Source: Polyangiaceae bacterium (GTDB lineage Bacteria; Myxococcota_A; Polyangia; Polyangiales; Polyangiaceae). From it: a DNA stretch of 15,746 bases. A program made the position numbers and the translations under genes. The notes below the pieces were generated by a model that was not told the DNA's origin, searched no databases, and was given only the letters and a program-made list of their open reading frames with translations. Location: assembly GCA_044222475.1 (NCBI GenBank), contig JBGANF010000164.1, forward strand, positions 1 to 15,746. The letters run 5' to 3'. Shown here piece by piece: positions 1 through 7,737 of this stretch; positions within the stretch are counted from its first letter, which is position 1, and the number at the start of each line of letters is the position of its first letter.

Positions 1-75
1 CATCGCGCGTCGCGGATCCGACAGCTCCGCATCGCCAAATTCCTCTTTTGCCCACGCGCGCTCGCTCGTCGTCAT
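1..75 (-). CDS. IS4-family (IS50/Tn5-like) transposase, N-terminal 25 codons; runs off the window edge
   Basis: Reverse strand from ATG at 75 reads MTTSERAWAKEEFGDAELSDPRRAM, matching the WAxxEFGxAxLgDxRR motif of the Tn5/IS50-type transposase N-terminal DNA-binding domain. It is not in the ORF track because it is truncated by the window edge. Confidence 0.8.
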   Translation of the reverse strand, partial: MTTSERAWAKEEFGDAELSDPRRAM

Positions 76-140
76 ACCCGCGAAACACGGCGCGAATTCG
101 ACAAATTCCCGGGCGCAGACGAGATCCGATCAATGGTCAG
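1..140 (-). mobile_element. Upstream end of an IS4-family insertion sequence; terminal inverted repeat probably 122-140
   Basis: Transposase start at 75. The minus strand from 140 reads CTGACCATTGATCGGATCT, which begins with CTGAC like the IS50 outside end. The partner IR is outside the window, so the boundary is inferred. Confidence 0.6.
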
Positions 141-234
141 GGCGGCAGCCCCCGTTCAGCTTTCGAGGAGCGGAGCGACGAAGGAAGCTCGTGGGGTGAG
201 CGCCGAAGGCGCGAGGGGCCGTCAGGGCCCCTCA
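141..234. repeat. Multi-hairpin REP-like intergenic element
   Basis: Stem-loops: AGCTT(158-162)/AAGCT(185-189), GCGCC-GAA-GGCGC (200-212), GAGGGGCC-GTCAG-GGCCCCTC (213-233). It lies directly after the stop of the 235-1275 gene and has no U-tract. Confidence 0.55.
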
Positions 235-1275
235 CTAGAACGAAATGTCGGCGTCGGACTTCACCGTCGCGTACTTCGCTTTGTACTTTTCGGTGAACTT
301 GTTGTAATCATTGATGATTGCGCTGTTGTTCCGGAGCGCGTTCTCGTTGATGTACGCGCTGAACCACGCGCCGAGGTTGCTCCAGTCGAGCACGCTGAGG
401 CCGAGCTTCTTCAGCACCGCCTGTGCGTCCTGACCCTGCGCGGTGAGCGCGTTCTGAGCCTCGAGCACTTCGACGTAGCGCTCCAGCGACATTGGCATCT
501 CGCCCTTGCCCGGGTTCTGCGCCGCCGCCGCGTACTTGCTCGGGCCGCCGGCGCCGGCCGTCGCCGGGTTCGCTTGCGCCTTCGTGAACGCGTTGCCGTA
601 CACCGTGGCGATCGTCGCCGTCGTGTCGCGCGACATGCGCGCGTTCCACTCGGCCGAGACCTTGTCCCACGTGGCCTTGTCGATCCCGAGGTCCTTCGTG
701 ATGGCGTCGACGCTGATGCCGTTGATCGTCTTCACCATCGCCTCGGCCCACTTCTCCAGGCTGACGCCCTCGACCGGCTCGAGCTCGCCCTTGAGCTCCG
801 TCGCGGCGCGCTGCTGCATGCCGCCCATCATGAAGTCCTGCGTGGCCTTCATCTTGATGTGCATGATGTCGCCGACCTCGCCGTACTTGGCCTTCGCCGC
901 GGGGCTCTGGATGAAGCGCTCCACCGTGGCTTTCACCTGGTGGTAGTGCTGGAAGTCGCGGATGCCGTACTCGGCCCAGAGCTTCGCGCGCTCGGCGGTG
1001 TCTTCCCACGCCTGCTCGATGCGGAACTCGGCCGTGTACCAGCGCTTCAGGTCGTTCGCGAGGTCGAAGCTCGCGGCGTCGTCCTTGGCTTCGAGGTCGT
1101 AGTTGCGGCGCTCGCCGTCGTCGTCGTCGGAGGACGACTCCTCTTCGGGCGGGGCGGCCTCGGCCTGAGGCGGCGCCTCTTGTGGCGGAGGGGGAGCGCC
1201 AGCTTGCTGCTGTTGCTCCGCCGGCGCGGCATCTCCCCCACCAAACAACCCCTTGAGCATGTCGAGCAGTCCCAT
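235..1275 (-). CDS. Hypothetical protein with repeated helical modules (DUF6620-like)
   Basis: 346-aa ORF with GC3-biased codons and a GGAGGA RBS upstream. N-terminal MGLLDMLKGLFGG, an acidic/Gln-Pro linker, then repeated SLE-x-W/Y...LG-I/L...W modules. Confidence 0.85.
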   Translation of the reverse strand: MGLLDMLKGLFGGGDAAPAEQQQQAGAPPPPQEAPPQAEAAPPEEESSSDDDDGERRNYDLEAKDDAASFDLANDLKRWYTAEFRIEQAWEDTAERAKLWAEYGIRDFQHYHQVKATVERFIQSPAAKAKYGEVGDIMHIKMKATQDFMMGGMQQRAATELKGELEPVEGVSLEKWAEAMVKTINGISVDAITKDLGIDKATWDKVSAEWNARMSRDTTATIATVYGNAFTKAQANPATAGAGGPSKYAAAAQNPGKGEMPMSLERYVEVLEAQNALTAQGQDAQAVLKKLGLSVLDWSNLGAWFSAYINENALRNNSAIINDYNKFTEKYKAKYATVKSDADISF

Positions 1276-1381
1276 CGTTCCTCCATGTGCGAGGAAGCGC
1301 AGACTGCACGCCCCCCGCTTTTTTCGAGAGGCCGAGTAGAAGTCGAACGCAGCGCCAGGTCAACAGGCGCGGGACGCGGGC

Positions 1382-1819
1382 CTATTCGGCTTCGCCGCCC
1401 GGCGCGGAGGGCGTCGCGTCGCCGTCGGCATGGAGCACGCCGTTCGAAGCGCCGTTCGTCGAGTTGGCCTTCGCTTCGCGGTCGGCGATCACTCGCTCGA
1501 CCTCGGCGTCCATCGTCCCTTGGATCATCTTCGACCACATCACGAAGTCGGCGTAGAGCGACCACGCCGGGTACTTGAACGTGGCGGGCTTGTTCTTCTC
1601 GACGAAGAAGTGGGAGAACCACGCCGGTCCGTAGCCGGCGACCAGCGCGGCCGGCCAGAGGTACTTCTTCTTGCCGAGGACGATGCCCCACGCGACGCAC
1701 CCGAGGGCGGCCGTCGTCCCGATGAAGTGGAGGCGGCGAGTCGTCTTGTCGAGGTGCTCCCCGACGTAATAGGGCCAGAACTCTTCGAAGGACTCGATGC
1801 GCCGCTCGCTGCTACTCAT
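1382..1819 (-). CDS. DUF962 / Mpo1-like membrane protein
   Basis: Motifs SFEEFWPYYVGEH...RRLHFIGT and GYGPAWFSHFFVEKNKPATFKYP are typical of DUF962. Start placed at ATG 1819 (MSSSERR); ATG 1831 is the alternative. Confidence 0.9.
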   Translation of the reverse strand: MSSSERRIESFEEFWPYYVGEHLDKTTRRLHFIGTTAALGCVAWGIVLGKKKYLWPAALVAGYGPAWFSHFFVEKNKPATFKYPAWSLYADFVMWSKMIQGTMDAEVERVIADREAKANSTNGASNGVLHADGDATPSAPGGEAE

Positions 1820-1874
1820 GGCCCGGAGCATGGCAAACCGATCCCCGGCTGTCCACCCGCTACGACCATCGCTT

Positions 1875-2429
1875 TTGGCGCGCTTGGCGTTCCTGGCGGT
1901 TCTTCTCTTGGCGTGCGCGTGTCAGCGCGGTTGCTTGAAGCAGTCGCTCCCCGACGTCGATGGCGGCTCGGTCGACCCACTGTCGGTCGTCGACTGCCCG
2001 CCGGGGATCCTCCGGTGCCGCACCGGCGTCGTGGAGCGCCACGCCAGCGCGACGGCGTGCCGTACGTGCGCGTGCCCGTGGGTCGCTACTCCGACGACCT
2101 GCGAGCACGGCTGTCTCGTCGAGGAGATGGAGACCCCGCGCAGCGAAGAGGACGCGGTGAGCCTCTGCAATCCGGCGAGCAGCGCCCTCATCGCGTTCGC
2201 TCCGGACGCCCCGCCCGACGCAGGCGCGAGGGGTTGCGTCGACGAAGGGGCCCGCTTCGAGTGCGCCGGATCGGTCGTCTACGCGTGCGCGGCGTCGGGC
2301 GGAGTTCCGGTGGCGACCTGCGCCCACGGCTGTGTGGTCGAGGGCGACTCGGTCGACGACGACGAGATCGACGTGACGCGCGCCCGCGCGTTGATGTGCC
2401 GCCGCCACGCAATTCGCGGCGATCCGTGA
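1875..2429 (+). CDS. Cys-rich putative lipoprotein with two internal repeats
   Basis: Hydrophobic signal ARLAFLAVLLLAC with a lipobox-like LLAC. Two Cys-rich repeats each carry TCxHGCxVE. The start is uncertain (TTG 1875 or ATG 1830). Confidence 0.75.
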   Translation: MARLAFLAVLLLACACQRGCLKQSLPDVDGGSVDPLSVVDCPPGILRCRTGVVERHASATACRTCACPWVATPTTCEHGCLVEEMETPRSEEDAVSLCNPASSALIAFAPDAPPDAGARGCVDEGARFECAGSVVYACAASGGVPVATCAHGCVVEGDSVDDDEIDVTRARALMCRRHAIRGDP

Positions 2430-2567
2430 CACGCCGATCACGCTGCTCGCACACACCGCGAAGACGATCGCTGCGCACCCCGCGAACGCGGCTACGCGAG
2501 GCCCGTGCGTCTCGCCTCCGCGCGGTACAGACTTCACCGAAAACGTGACGTCTCGCGTAGCACTATC

Positions 2568-2588
2568 CTACGATTGACTACATCGTAG
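2568..2588. promoter_or_regulatory. Perfect spaced palindrome, candidate transcription factor / enhancer-binding site
   Basis: CTACGAT-N7-ATCGTAG in an AT-richer patch of the 2430-2790 intergenic region, about 160 bp upstream of a sigma54-type motif. Confidence 0.4.
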
Positions 2589-2746
2589 CCATGCCAGATT
2601 TACACGGGAAATTCGCGGCTGCACCGGCGACCCCGAGCGTCGACATGCCGCGGTGCGCTGGCGCCTCGCGCCGCGACCGAGCGGCAGGTCCAGCGTCACT
2701 GGAGGCGCGCGGCGGCGCGGCTCGAGGGCAGGCGCGATGAACAGCA

Positions 2747-2762
2747 TGGCGAGCGTCTTGCA
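2747..2762 (+). promoter_or_regulatory. Sigma54 (RpoN) -24/-12 promoter
   Basis: TGGCGAGCGTCTTGCA has GG and GC separated by exactly 10 nt and includes TTGCA, matching TGGCACG-N4-TTGCW. It ends 28 nt upstream of ATG 2791. Confidence 0.6.
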
Positions 2763-2790
2763 ATACCTTTTTGGTACCAGGTCACCCGCC

Positions 2791-3717
2791 ATGAAACGAG
2801 CAGTCGTCTTCGCCGTCGTCTCCACCGTCTCCGCGTGCATCGCATCGGTGACCAGCGGACCGTCGCTCGAAGGAACGGCGCAGGCCCAGGGCGAAGACGG
2901 CCCACCTACCGTCTCGGAAGGCCCAAAAGCCAGCATCGTGGCGACGGTGAAGACCAGCACGACGGCGCCCATCTCGGCCCCTAGCGCGTGCCCGGGCGGG
3001 ATGGTCGAGGTCGAAGGCGAGTTCTGCCCCTACGTCGAGCAGAAGTGTCTCCGGTGGCTCGATCCGGACACGAAGATGCGCTGCGCGGAGTTCGCCCCCA
3101 CCGGCGAGTGCCCGGTGCGCTCGGTGAAGAAGCACTTCTGCATCGACGCCTACGAGTACCCGAACGAGCCGGGCGCGAAGCCCGTCGTGATGGTGTCGTG
3201 GAACCAGGCGAAGGCGCAGTGCGGGGCTCAGGGCAAGCGCCTCTGCAACGAGAGCGAGTGGACGCTCGCCTGCGAAGGCCAGGATCGCCTCCCGTACCCC
3301 TACGGCTACGCGCGGAGCGCTGACGCTTGCAACATCGACAAGCCCCACCCGGCGCCGAACGAGCACCTCATCGCCGACCCGCGCACCCGCGACGCGGAGA
3401 TCGCCCGGCTCGACCAGCGCGACGCCTCCGGGGCGCGCGAAGCCTGCGTCAGCCCCTACGGCGTGCACGACATGACCGGCAACGTCGACGAGTGGGTGGT
3501 GAACGAGAGCGGCCGCCCCTACAAGAGCGGTCTCAAGGGTGGCTACTGGGGCCCGGTTCGCACGCGCTGCCGCCCGATGACGACGGCCCACGACGAGAAC
3601 TTCACGTTCTATCAGGTCGGGTTTCGCTGCTGCGGCGACGCGGCGGCCTCGGCGCCCCCGTCGGCGCCGGCAGTCGCGAAGGCCGCGCCCGAGGATCGCA
3701 GCGCGGCCGGGAGCTGA
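2791..3717 (+). CDS. Exported FGE-sulfatase/SUMF1-fold (SUMF1/EgtB/PvdO family) protein
   Basis: Motifs FCIDAYEYPN, GKRLCNESEWTLAC, SPYGVHDMTGNVDEWV, KGGYW and GFRCC. Signal-like N-terminus MKRAVVFAVVSTVSAC. The start is supported by the upstream sigma54 motif. Confidence 0.9.
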   Translation: MKRAVVFAVVSTVSACIASVTSGPSLEGTAQAQGEDGPPTVSEGPKASIVATVKTSTTAPISAPSACPGGMVEVEGEFCPYVEQKCLRWLDPDTKMRCAEFAPTGECPVRSVKKHFCIDAYEYPNEPGAKPVVMVSWNQAKAQCGAQGKRLCNESEWTLACEGQDRLPYPYGYARSADACNIDKPHPAPNEHLIADPRTRDAEIARLDQRDASGAREACVSPYGVHDMTGNVDEWVVNESGRPYKSGLKGGYWGPVRTRCRPMTTAHDENFTFYQVGFRCCGDAAASAPPSAPAVAKAAPEDRSAAGS

Positions 3718-4203
3718 TCAGTCGGCCGCGCCGGCGTCGCTCGGAGGCGGCGGCGGGGCGGGGGTCTTGTGCACCGGAGGGTCGCCGTACTCGGCGCGCA
3801 TCTTCCGCGTGAGCTGGTTGAGGATCACCTGCTCGTGGTACCGCGGCATCTGCGGGAGCTGCACGATGACGTGCACCGGCCCCTCGGGGTCGTGCGGCTT
3901 CACGAGCTCGATCGAGCCTTGCGTCACGAGCTTCCCGCTCTCGGACGACGTGTACTCGAAGAGCAGGTACCCGGTCTGCTCGTCCTTCTCGAGGACCTTC
4001 ATCCCCATGTCGACGCGGACCATGCGCAGGGCGGCGTTCCAGGTGCGGTCGTAGCCGTAAGGCGAGTCGTAGGTCGACTGCGCCGAGACCTCCGGGCTGG
4101 TGAGGACGATGCCTCCCGCCACGGCGAGCCCCAGAGCGGTACCGGTGAGCGGTGCCGCCACCCGAAACCAGAGAGCCGAGAGGATCGATCCGCGCATGCT
4201 CAT
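3718..4203 (-). CDS. Exported hypothetical protein
   Basis: 161-aa ORF with a long hydrophobic signal (..EVSA/Q), a compact alpha/beta domain and a Pro-rich PPPPPSDAGAAD tail. Its stop abuts the convergent gene at TGATCA. Alternative start ATG 4197. Confidence 0.8.
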   Translation of the reverse strand: MSMRGSILSALWFRVAAPLTGTALGLAVAGGIVLTSPEVSAQSTYDSPYGYDRTWNAALRMVRVDMGMKVLEKDEQTGYLLFEYTSSESGKLVTQGSIELVKPHDPEGPVHVIVQLPQMPRYHEQVILNQLTRKMRAEYGDPPVHKTPAPPPPPSDAGAAD

Positions 4204-4253
4204 CGCTTATCGAAGCGGAGCGACCCGGGCCAAATTTCTGGCACCATGAGGCC

Positions 4254-6569
4254 ATGGCAATCTCGGCCGGTCGGGGCAGGGTGGCGTTCTTCAAGACGTC
4301 CGCGATAGCGGGCTTTGCCGTATCTGCGGCCGGACTGGCGCTCGGCGCGTTCTTCGCCTGCTCCGACACCCCGACGACTCCACCGGTCGACGCCGGCCCC
4401 GACTTCGTCCCACCGGGGGACATCTGCAGCGCGTCGCCCAAGGCCACACCGTTTCCCAGCGGCAACTGCACCGCTCCAGTGCCGTCGCAGAAGGACTCGT
4501 TCGACGAGGCGCTGGGGCTGATCGGTCGCGACCGCTGCTCGCTGCAGATGGATCCGAAGAAGATGACGCAGGCGGTGATGGACGTGAACGACCCGCGTCA
4601 GCTCCCGGACTTCAAGCCGCTCCTCGAGTGGCCGCTCCGGCTGCCGAGCTACGGGGCGGAGATGGCGGGCCAGTTCGACGACGCCCTGGCGAGCAAGCGG
4701 CCCGTGTCGCGCGCGATCGCTGCTGCGTCGCTCCGTCGCGGCAAGCCGATCGCCGGCTGCGCCGAGGCGGTGTGGTTCGACGTGCCGAAGACCGCGTCGC
4801 CGCTCGCGACCGCGCTTCGCGAGATCGCCGAGCAGCAAGGCGCCGACTTCGACGAGGCCGCGGCCGGCGCGACCCTCGCCGAGGTCCCCCTCGATCTCCA
4901 GAACGCCCTCGTGCCGATCGCTCGCGCGCTCGGGAAGGCCAACGTCGCGATCGCCGAGGCGCGGGCGCCCTCGGCGCCGTTCCTCCCGCGCTTCAAGACC
5001 GCGCCCGACTGGGTCATCGGCACCATCACCTACAAGTGGACCGATCCGATGCTCGCCGCGTTCGATGGCGTCGACGTCCCGAAGATGACCGAAGCGGCGA
5101 CCCAGGTCGCGGTCGCGATCGAAGCTGCCGACCTGTCGCGCTTCAAGGACCTCGCGCTGCCTGACGTCGACCTCGAGACGCCGTTCGGAGCGCTCGTGCT
5201 GCGCGGTGCAACCGCCCAGACGTACCTTCCTGGTACCATCGCCGATCGCGCCGCGTTCATCCTCGACACCGGCGGCGCCGACGTCTATCGCATCGCGGTC
5301 GGAGCGGCGAACCTCGATCGCCCTCTGGCGGTACACGTCGACCTCGCCGGCGACGACACGTACGCCTACGTCGAGAAGAAGATCCCCGCCGACGACATCG
5401 GCGATCGTCTCCCGAGCGACGAAGCCGGTCGAGGCGGCCGCACGTTCAGCCGCGTCGGCCGACAGGGGAGCGCGCTGCTCGGCGTCGGGATGCTGTTCGA
5501 TCTGGGCTCGGGGAAGGACGTCTACCGCTCGCTCGCGATGTCGCAGGGCGCGGCGGTCTTCGGCGTCGGCGTGCTCTACGACGACGGCGGAGACGATCGC
5601 TACGACGCCGAGGTGCTCTCCCAAGGCGCCGCCGCGTGGGGGATCGGCTTGCTCTTGGACGGCGGCGGCATGGACCACCACCTCGCGTACGCGAACGCTC
5701 AGGGCTTCGCGATGGTGCAGGGCTTCGGCGCGGCGATCGACGCGGGCGGCGACGACGAGTGGTACACGAACCCCGGTTACCCAGGCGTGACCGGGATCAA
5801 GGACGACATCCTCTACGGCAACGGCCAGCTCCCCGGCAAAGCGAACACGTCGCTCTCCCAAGGGTGCGGCTTCGGGCATCGGCCGGACTCTCCCGAGCCG
5901 GGCTTCGAGTTCGCCGGCGGCTTCGGTCTCTTGCGCGACAAGGACGGCAACGACACCTACACCACCGGGGTGTTCGGTCAGGGATGCTCGTTCGGGCTCG
6001 GTTTGGGGATGCTCCTCGATGGGGGCGGCAACGACACGTACAAGGGGCTCTGGTACGTGCAGGGCGCCAACGCGCACACGGCGGTCGCCTACTTCCACGA
6101 CGCCGCCGGCAACGACAAGTACAACCCCGACGGCTTCCCGGTCACGGCGACGTCGATCGGCGTCGGCCACGATTTCTCGGTCGCGGTTCACTACGACGAA
6201 GCCGGCGACGACGTGTATTTCGGCCCCGGCCTGTCGCTCGGCAGCGGCAACGCCAACGGCATCGGAGTCATGGTCGTGCGCGGCGGGACCGACTCGTTCA
6301 CCGCCGGCAACATCGTCTCGCTCGGCGCGGCCAACTCGACCGAAATCTTCGGCACGTCGCGCAAGACCCTCCCGACGATCGGAGTGTTCGTGAAGGCTGG
6401 CGGCGCGGGGACCTACGCGGTCGGCGGGGTCGACGCCGGCTCGTACCCTTCTGGTACGTGGTCGTACGGTCCCAACAACACGGACGGCGGCCCCGACGGC
6501 GGAACCGTCTACGACTACGAGAAGAGCGTCGGGATCGATCGCCCGTCGGGCACGGCGTCGCTGCCCTAG
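4254..6569 (+). CDS. Large lipoprotein with about 11 Gly/Asp-rich (QG...GxGxLxDxxGxDxY) repeats, probable beta-solenoid
   Basis: Signal peptide ending in FFAC (lipobox-like). Repeated ~26-aa units such as SQGAAVFGVGVLYDDGGDDRY and GQGCSFGLGLGMLLDGGGNDTY. Strong codon bias. Confidence 0.85.
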   Translation: MAISAGRGRVAFFKTSAIAGFAVSAAGLALGAFFACSDTPTTPPVDAGPDFVPPGDICSASPKATPFPSGNCTAPVPSQKDSFDEALGLIGRDRCSLQMDPKKMTQAVMDVNDPRQLPDFKPLLEWPLRLPSYGAEMAGQFDDALASKRPVSRAIAAASLRRGKPIAGCAEAVWFDVPKTASPLATALREIAEQQGADFDEAAAGATLAEVPLDLQNALVPIARALGKANVAIAEARAPSAPFLPRFKTAPDWVIGTITYKWTDPMLAAFDGVDVPKMTEAATQVAVAIEAADLSRFKDLALPDVDLETPFGALVLRGATAQTYLPGTIADRAAFILDTGGADVYRIAVGAANLDRPLAVHVDLAGDDTYAYVEKKIPADDIGDRLPSDEAGRGGRTFSRVGRQGSALLGVGMLFDLGSGKDVYRSLAMSQGAAVFGVGVLYDDGGDDRYDAEVLSQGAAAWGIGLLLDGGGMDHHLAYANAQGFAMVQGFGAAIDAGGDDEWYTNPGYPGVTGIKDDILYGNGQLPGKANTSLSQGCGFGHRPDSPEPGFEFAGGFGLLRDKDGNDTYTTGVFGQGCSFGLGLGMLLDGGGNDTYKGLWYVQGANAHTAVAYFHDAAGNDKYNPDGFPVTATSIGVGHDFSVAVHYDEAGDDVYFGPGLSLGSGNANGIGVMVVRGGTDSFTAGNIVSLGAANSTEIFGTSRKTLPTIGVFVKAGGAGTYAVGGVDAGSYPSGTWSYGPNNTDGGPDGGTVYDYEKSVGIDRPSGTASLP

Positions 6570-7699
6570 GTGGTGGCCTTCGCGTCGGCGTCGGCGGGTT
6601 CCTTCTCGGTCTCCGCGGCGGCGATCGCCTTCAGGCTGCCGTGACCGCCGAACAGCGCGATCCCGCCCGCGATCACCGTGAACGTCACCTGCACGAGAAA
6701 GAGCAGGCACGCATACGCTGCGCCCCGCTCGCGGACGATCTCGGCCGGGTAGTAGAACGTCATCCCGCAGAACATGCCCGCCTGGAAGATGCCTAGCAGG
6801 CCCGGCGGTCCGGGGATGAGGATCGTGATGCCGAGCATCCCCATCATCGCCGCCGCTTCGCCGAACGTGGGCGCGCTGCCGTCGGCGTGCTCGAGGCCGG
6901 CGCCCCAGGCGAGAAACCACATCCCCGACGCGTTGATCGCCCAGTAGAGCGTGCTCTCGAACAGAAAACCGGCGGCGTCGCGCGGCGAGCGCAGCACGTC
7001 GAGCCCGTCGGCGAGGCGCTCGGCCTCGTGAGCGAGGCGCTCGGCGAGCTTCTTCGACACGATGCCGAACACGGCGACCGTGGCGCGGTGCGCCCACTTG
7101 CGAGCGAAGAAATAGACCGCGATCGTCGCGAGCGCGCCGGCGAAGCCGGCGAAGGTGAAGAACGCGTACCCGCGCACCTGGGTGACGGTGAGCGGGAGCC
7201 CTACGATCTTCTCCGGCAGAGGGTGCGCCGTCGGAACGACGAACAGCGCGACCGCGAGGACCGCGCTCAGGTAGAGCCCGTCCACGATGCGGTCGGCGAT
7301 GATGCTTCCGGTCGCCGCGGAGAACGACACCTTTCCTTTTTCCCGCAGCATTGCCGGCCGGACGAACTCGCCGAGGCGAAACGGCAAGAGCAGGATCGCG
7401 GCGAAGCCGACGAGCGAGATCGACAAGAGACGGGACGTCGGTACGGTGGCCACCCGGCGGAGGAGGTACCTCCAGCGCACGGCGCGGAAGTACGTCATCC
7501 CCATGACGAAGAAGAGGTAGGTCGGCACCGTCCACCACCGCACGTGATCGAACGCGGATCGCGGGGGGATGAGGTCGAGCCCGGAGTGGCGCAGCCCCCA
7601 GAGCACGCAGACCGTCACGACGAACGACGCGACGAGGCGCCCGGCGTGTCGCCGCAGGAAGCCTCTCTTGGGTTCGGCTCCGGAAGAAAGCTCGGCCAT
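6566..7699 (-). CDS. Lysylphosphatidylglycerol synthase TM-domain / UPF0104 flippase-like membrane protein
   Basis: Motifs RAVRWRYLL, LLPFRLGEFVR, IIADRIVDG and IPGPPGLLGIFQ plus multiple TM segments. The real start is MAELSSG at 7699; the longer ORF to 8488 is an out-of-frame extension over the neighbouring gene. Confidence 0.88.
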   Translation of the reverse strand: MAELSSGAEPKRGFLRRHAGRLVASFVVTVCVLWGLRHSGLDLIPPRSAFDHVRWWTVPTYLFFVMGMTYFRAVRWRYLLRRVATVPTSRLLSISLVGFAAILLLPFRLGEFVRPAMLREKGKVSFSAATGSIIADRIVDGLYLSAVLAVALFVVPTAHPLPEKIVGLPLTVTQVRGYAFFTFAGFAGALATIAVYFFARKWAHRATVAVFGIVSKKLAERLAHEAERLADGLDVLRSPRDAAGFLFESTLYWAINASGMWFLAWGAGLEHADGSAPTFGEAAAMMGMLGITILIPGPPGLLGIFQAGMFCGMTFYYPAEIVRERGAAYACLLFLVQVTFTVIAGGIALFGGHGSLKAIAAAETEKEPADADAKATT

Positions 7700-7737
7700 G
7701 GAAGAGCGAGGTCTATAGCACGGTCGTCGCGCGCCGC

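Noticed and set aside
2600..2700. GGGAA...CGGCTGCACCGGCGAC, faintly like a cobalamin riboswitch
   Set aside because: The other conserved elements (B12 box, GCxACTG) are not visible and the downstream gene is unrelated. A covariance-model (Rfam) search would be needed to revive it.
3520..3640. C-terminus of the FGE/CLec-fold protein as a diversity-generating retroelement variable region
   Set aside because: No second near-identical copy (template repeat), no reverse transcriptase and no avd gene in the window.
6566..6569. Overlapping convergent stops (CTAG), and the abutting TGATCA stops at 3715-3720
   Set aside because: These are common in compact GC-rich genomes and imply no special function.
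4200..7538. 1112-aa minus-strand ORF and other long overlapping ORFs (133-1578, 11047-12369, 13711-15327)
   Set aside because: These are shadow frames of genes with recognisable motifs, with low-information Arg-rich translations.
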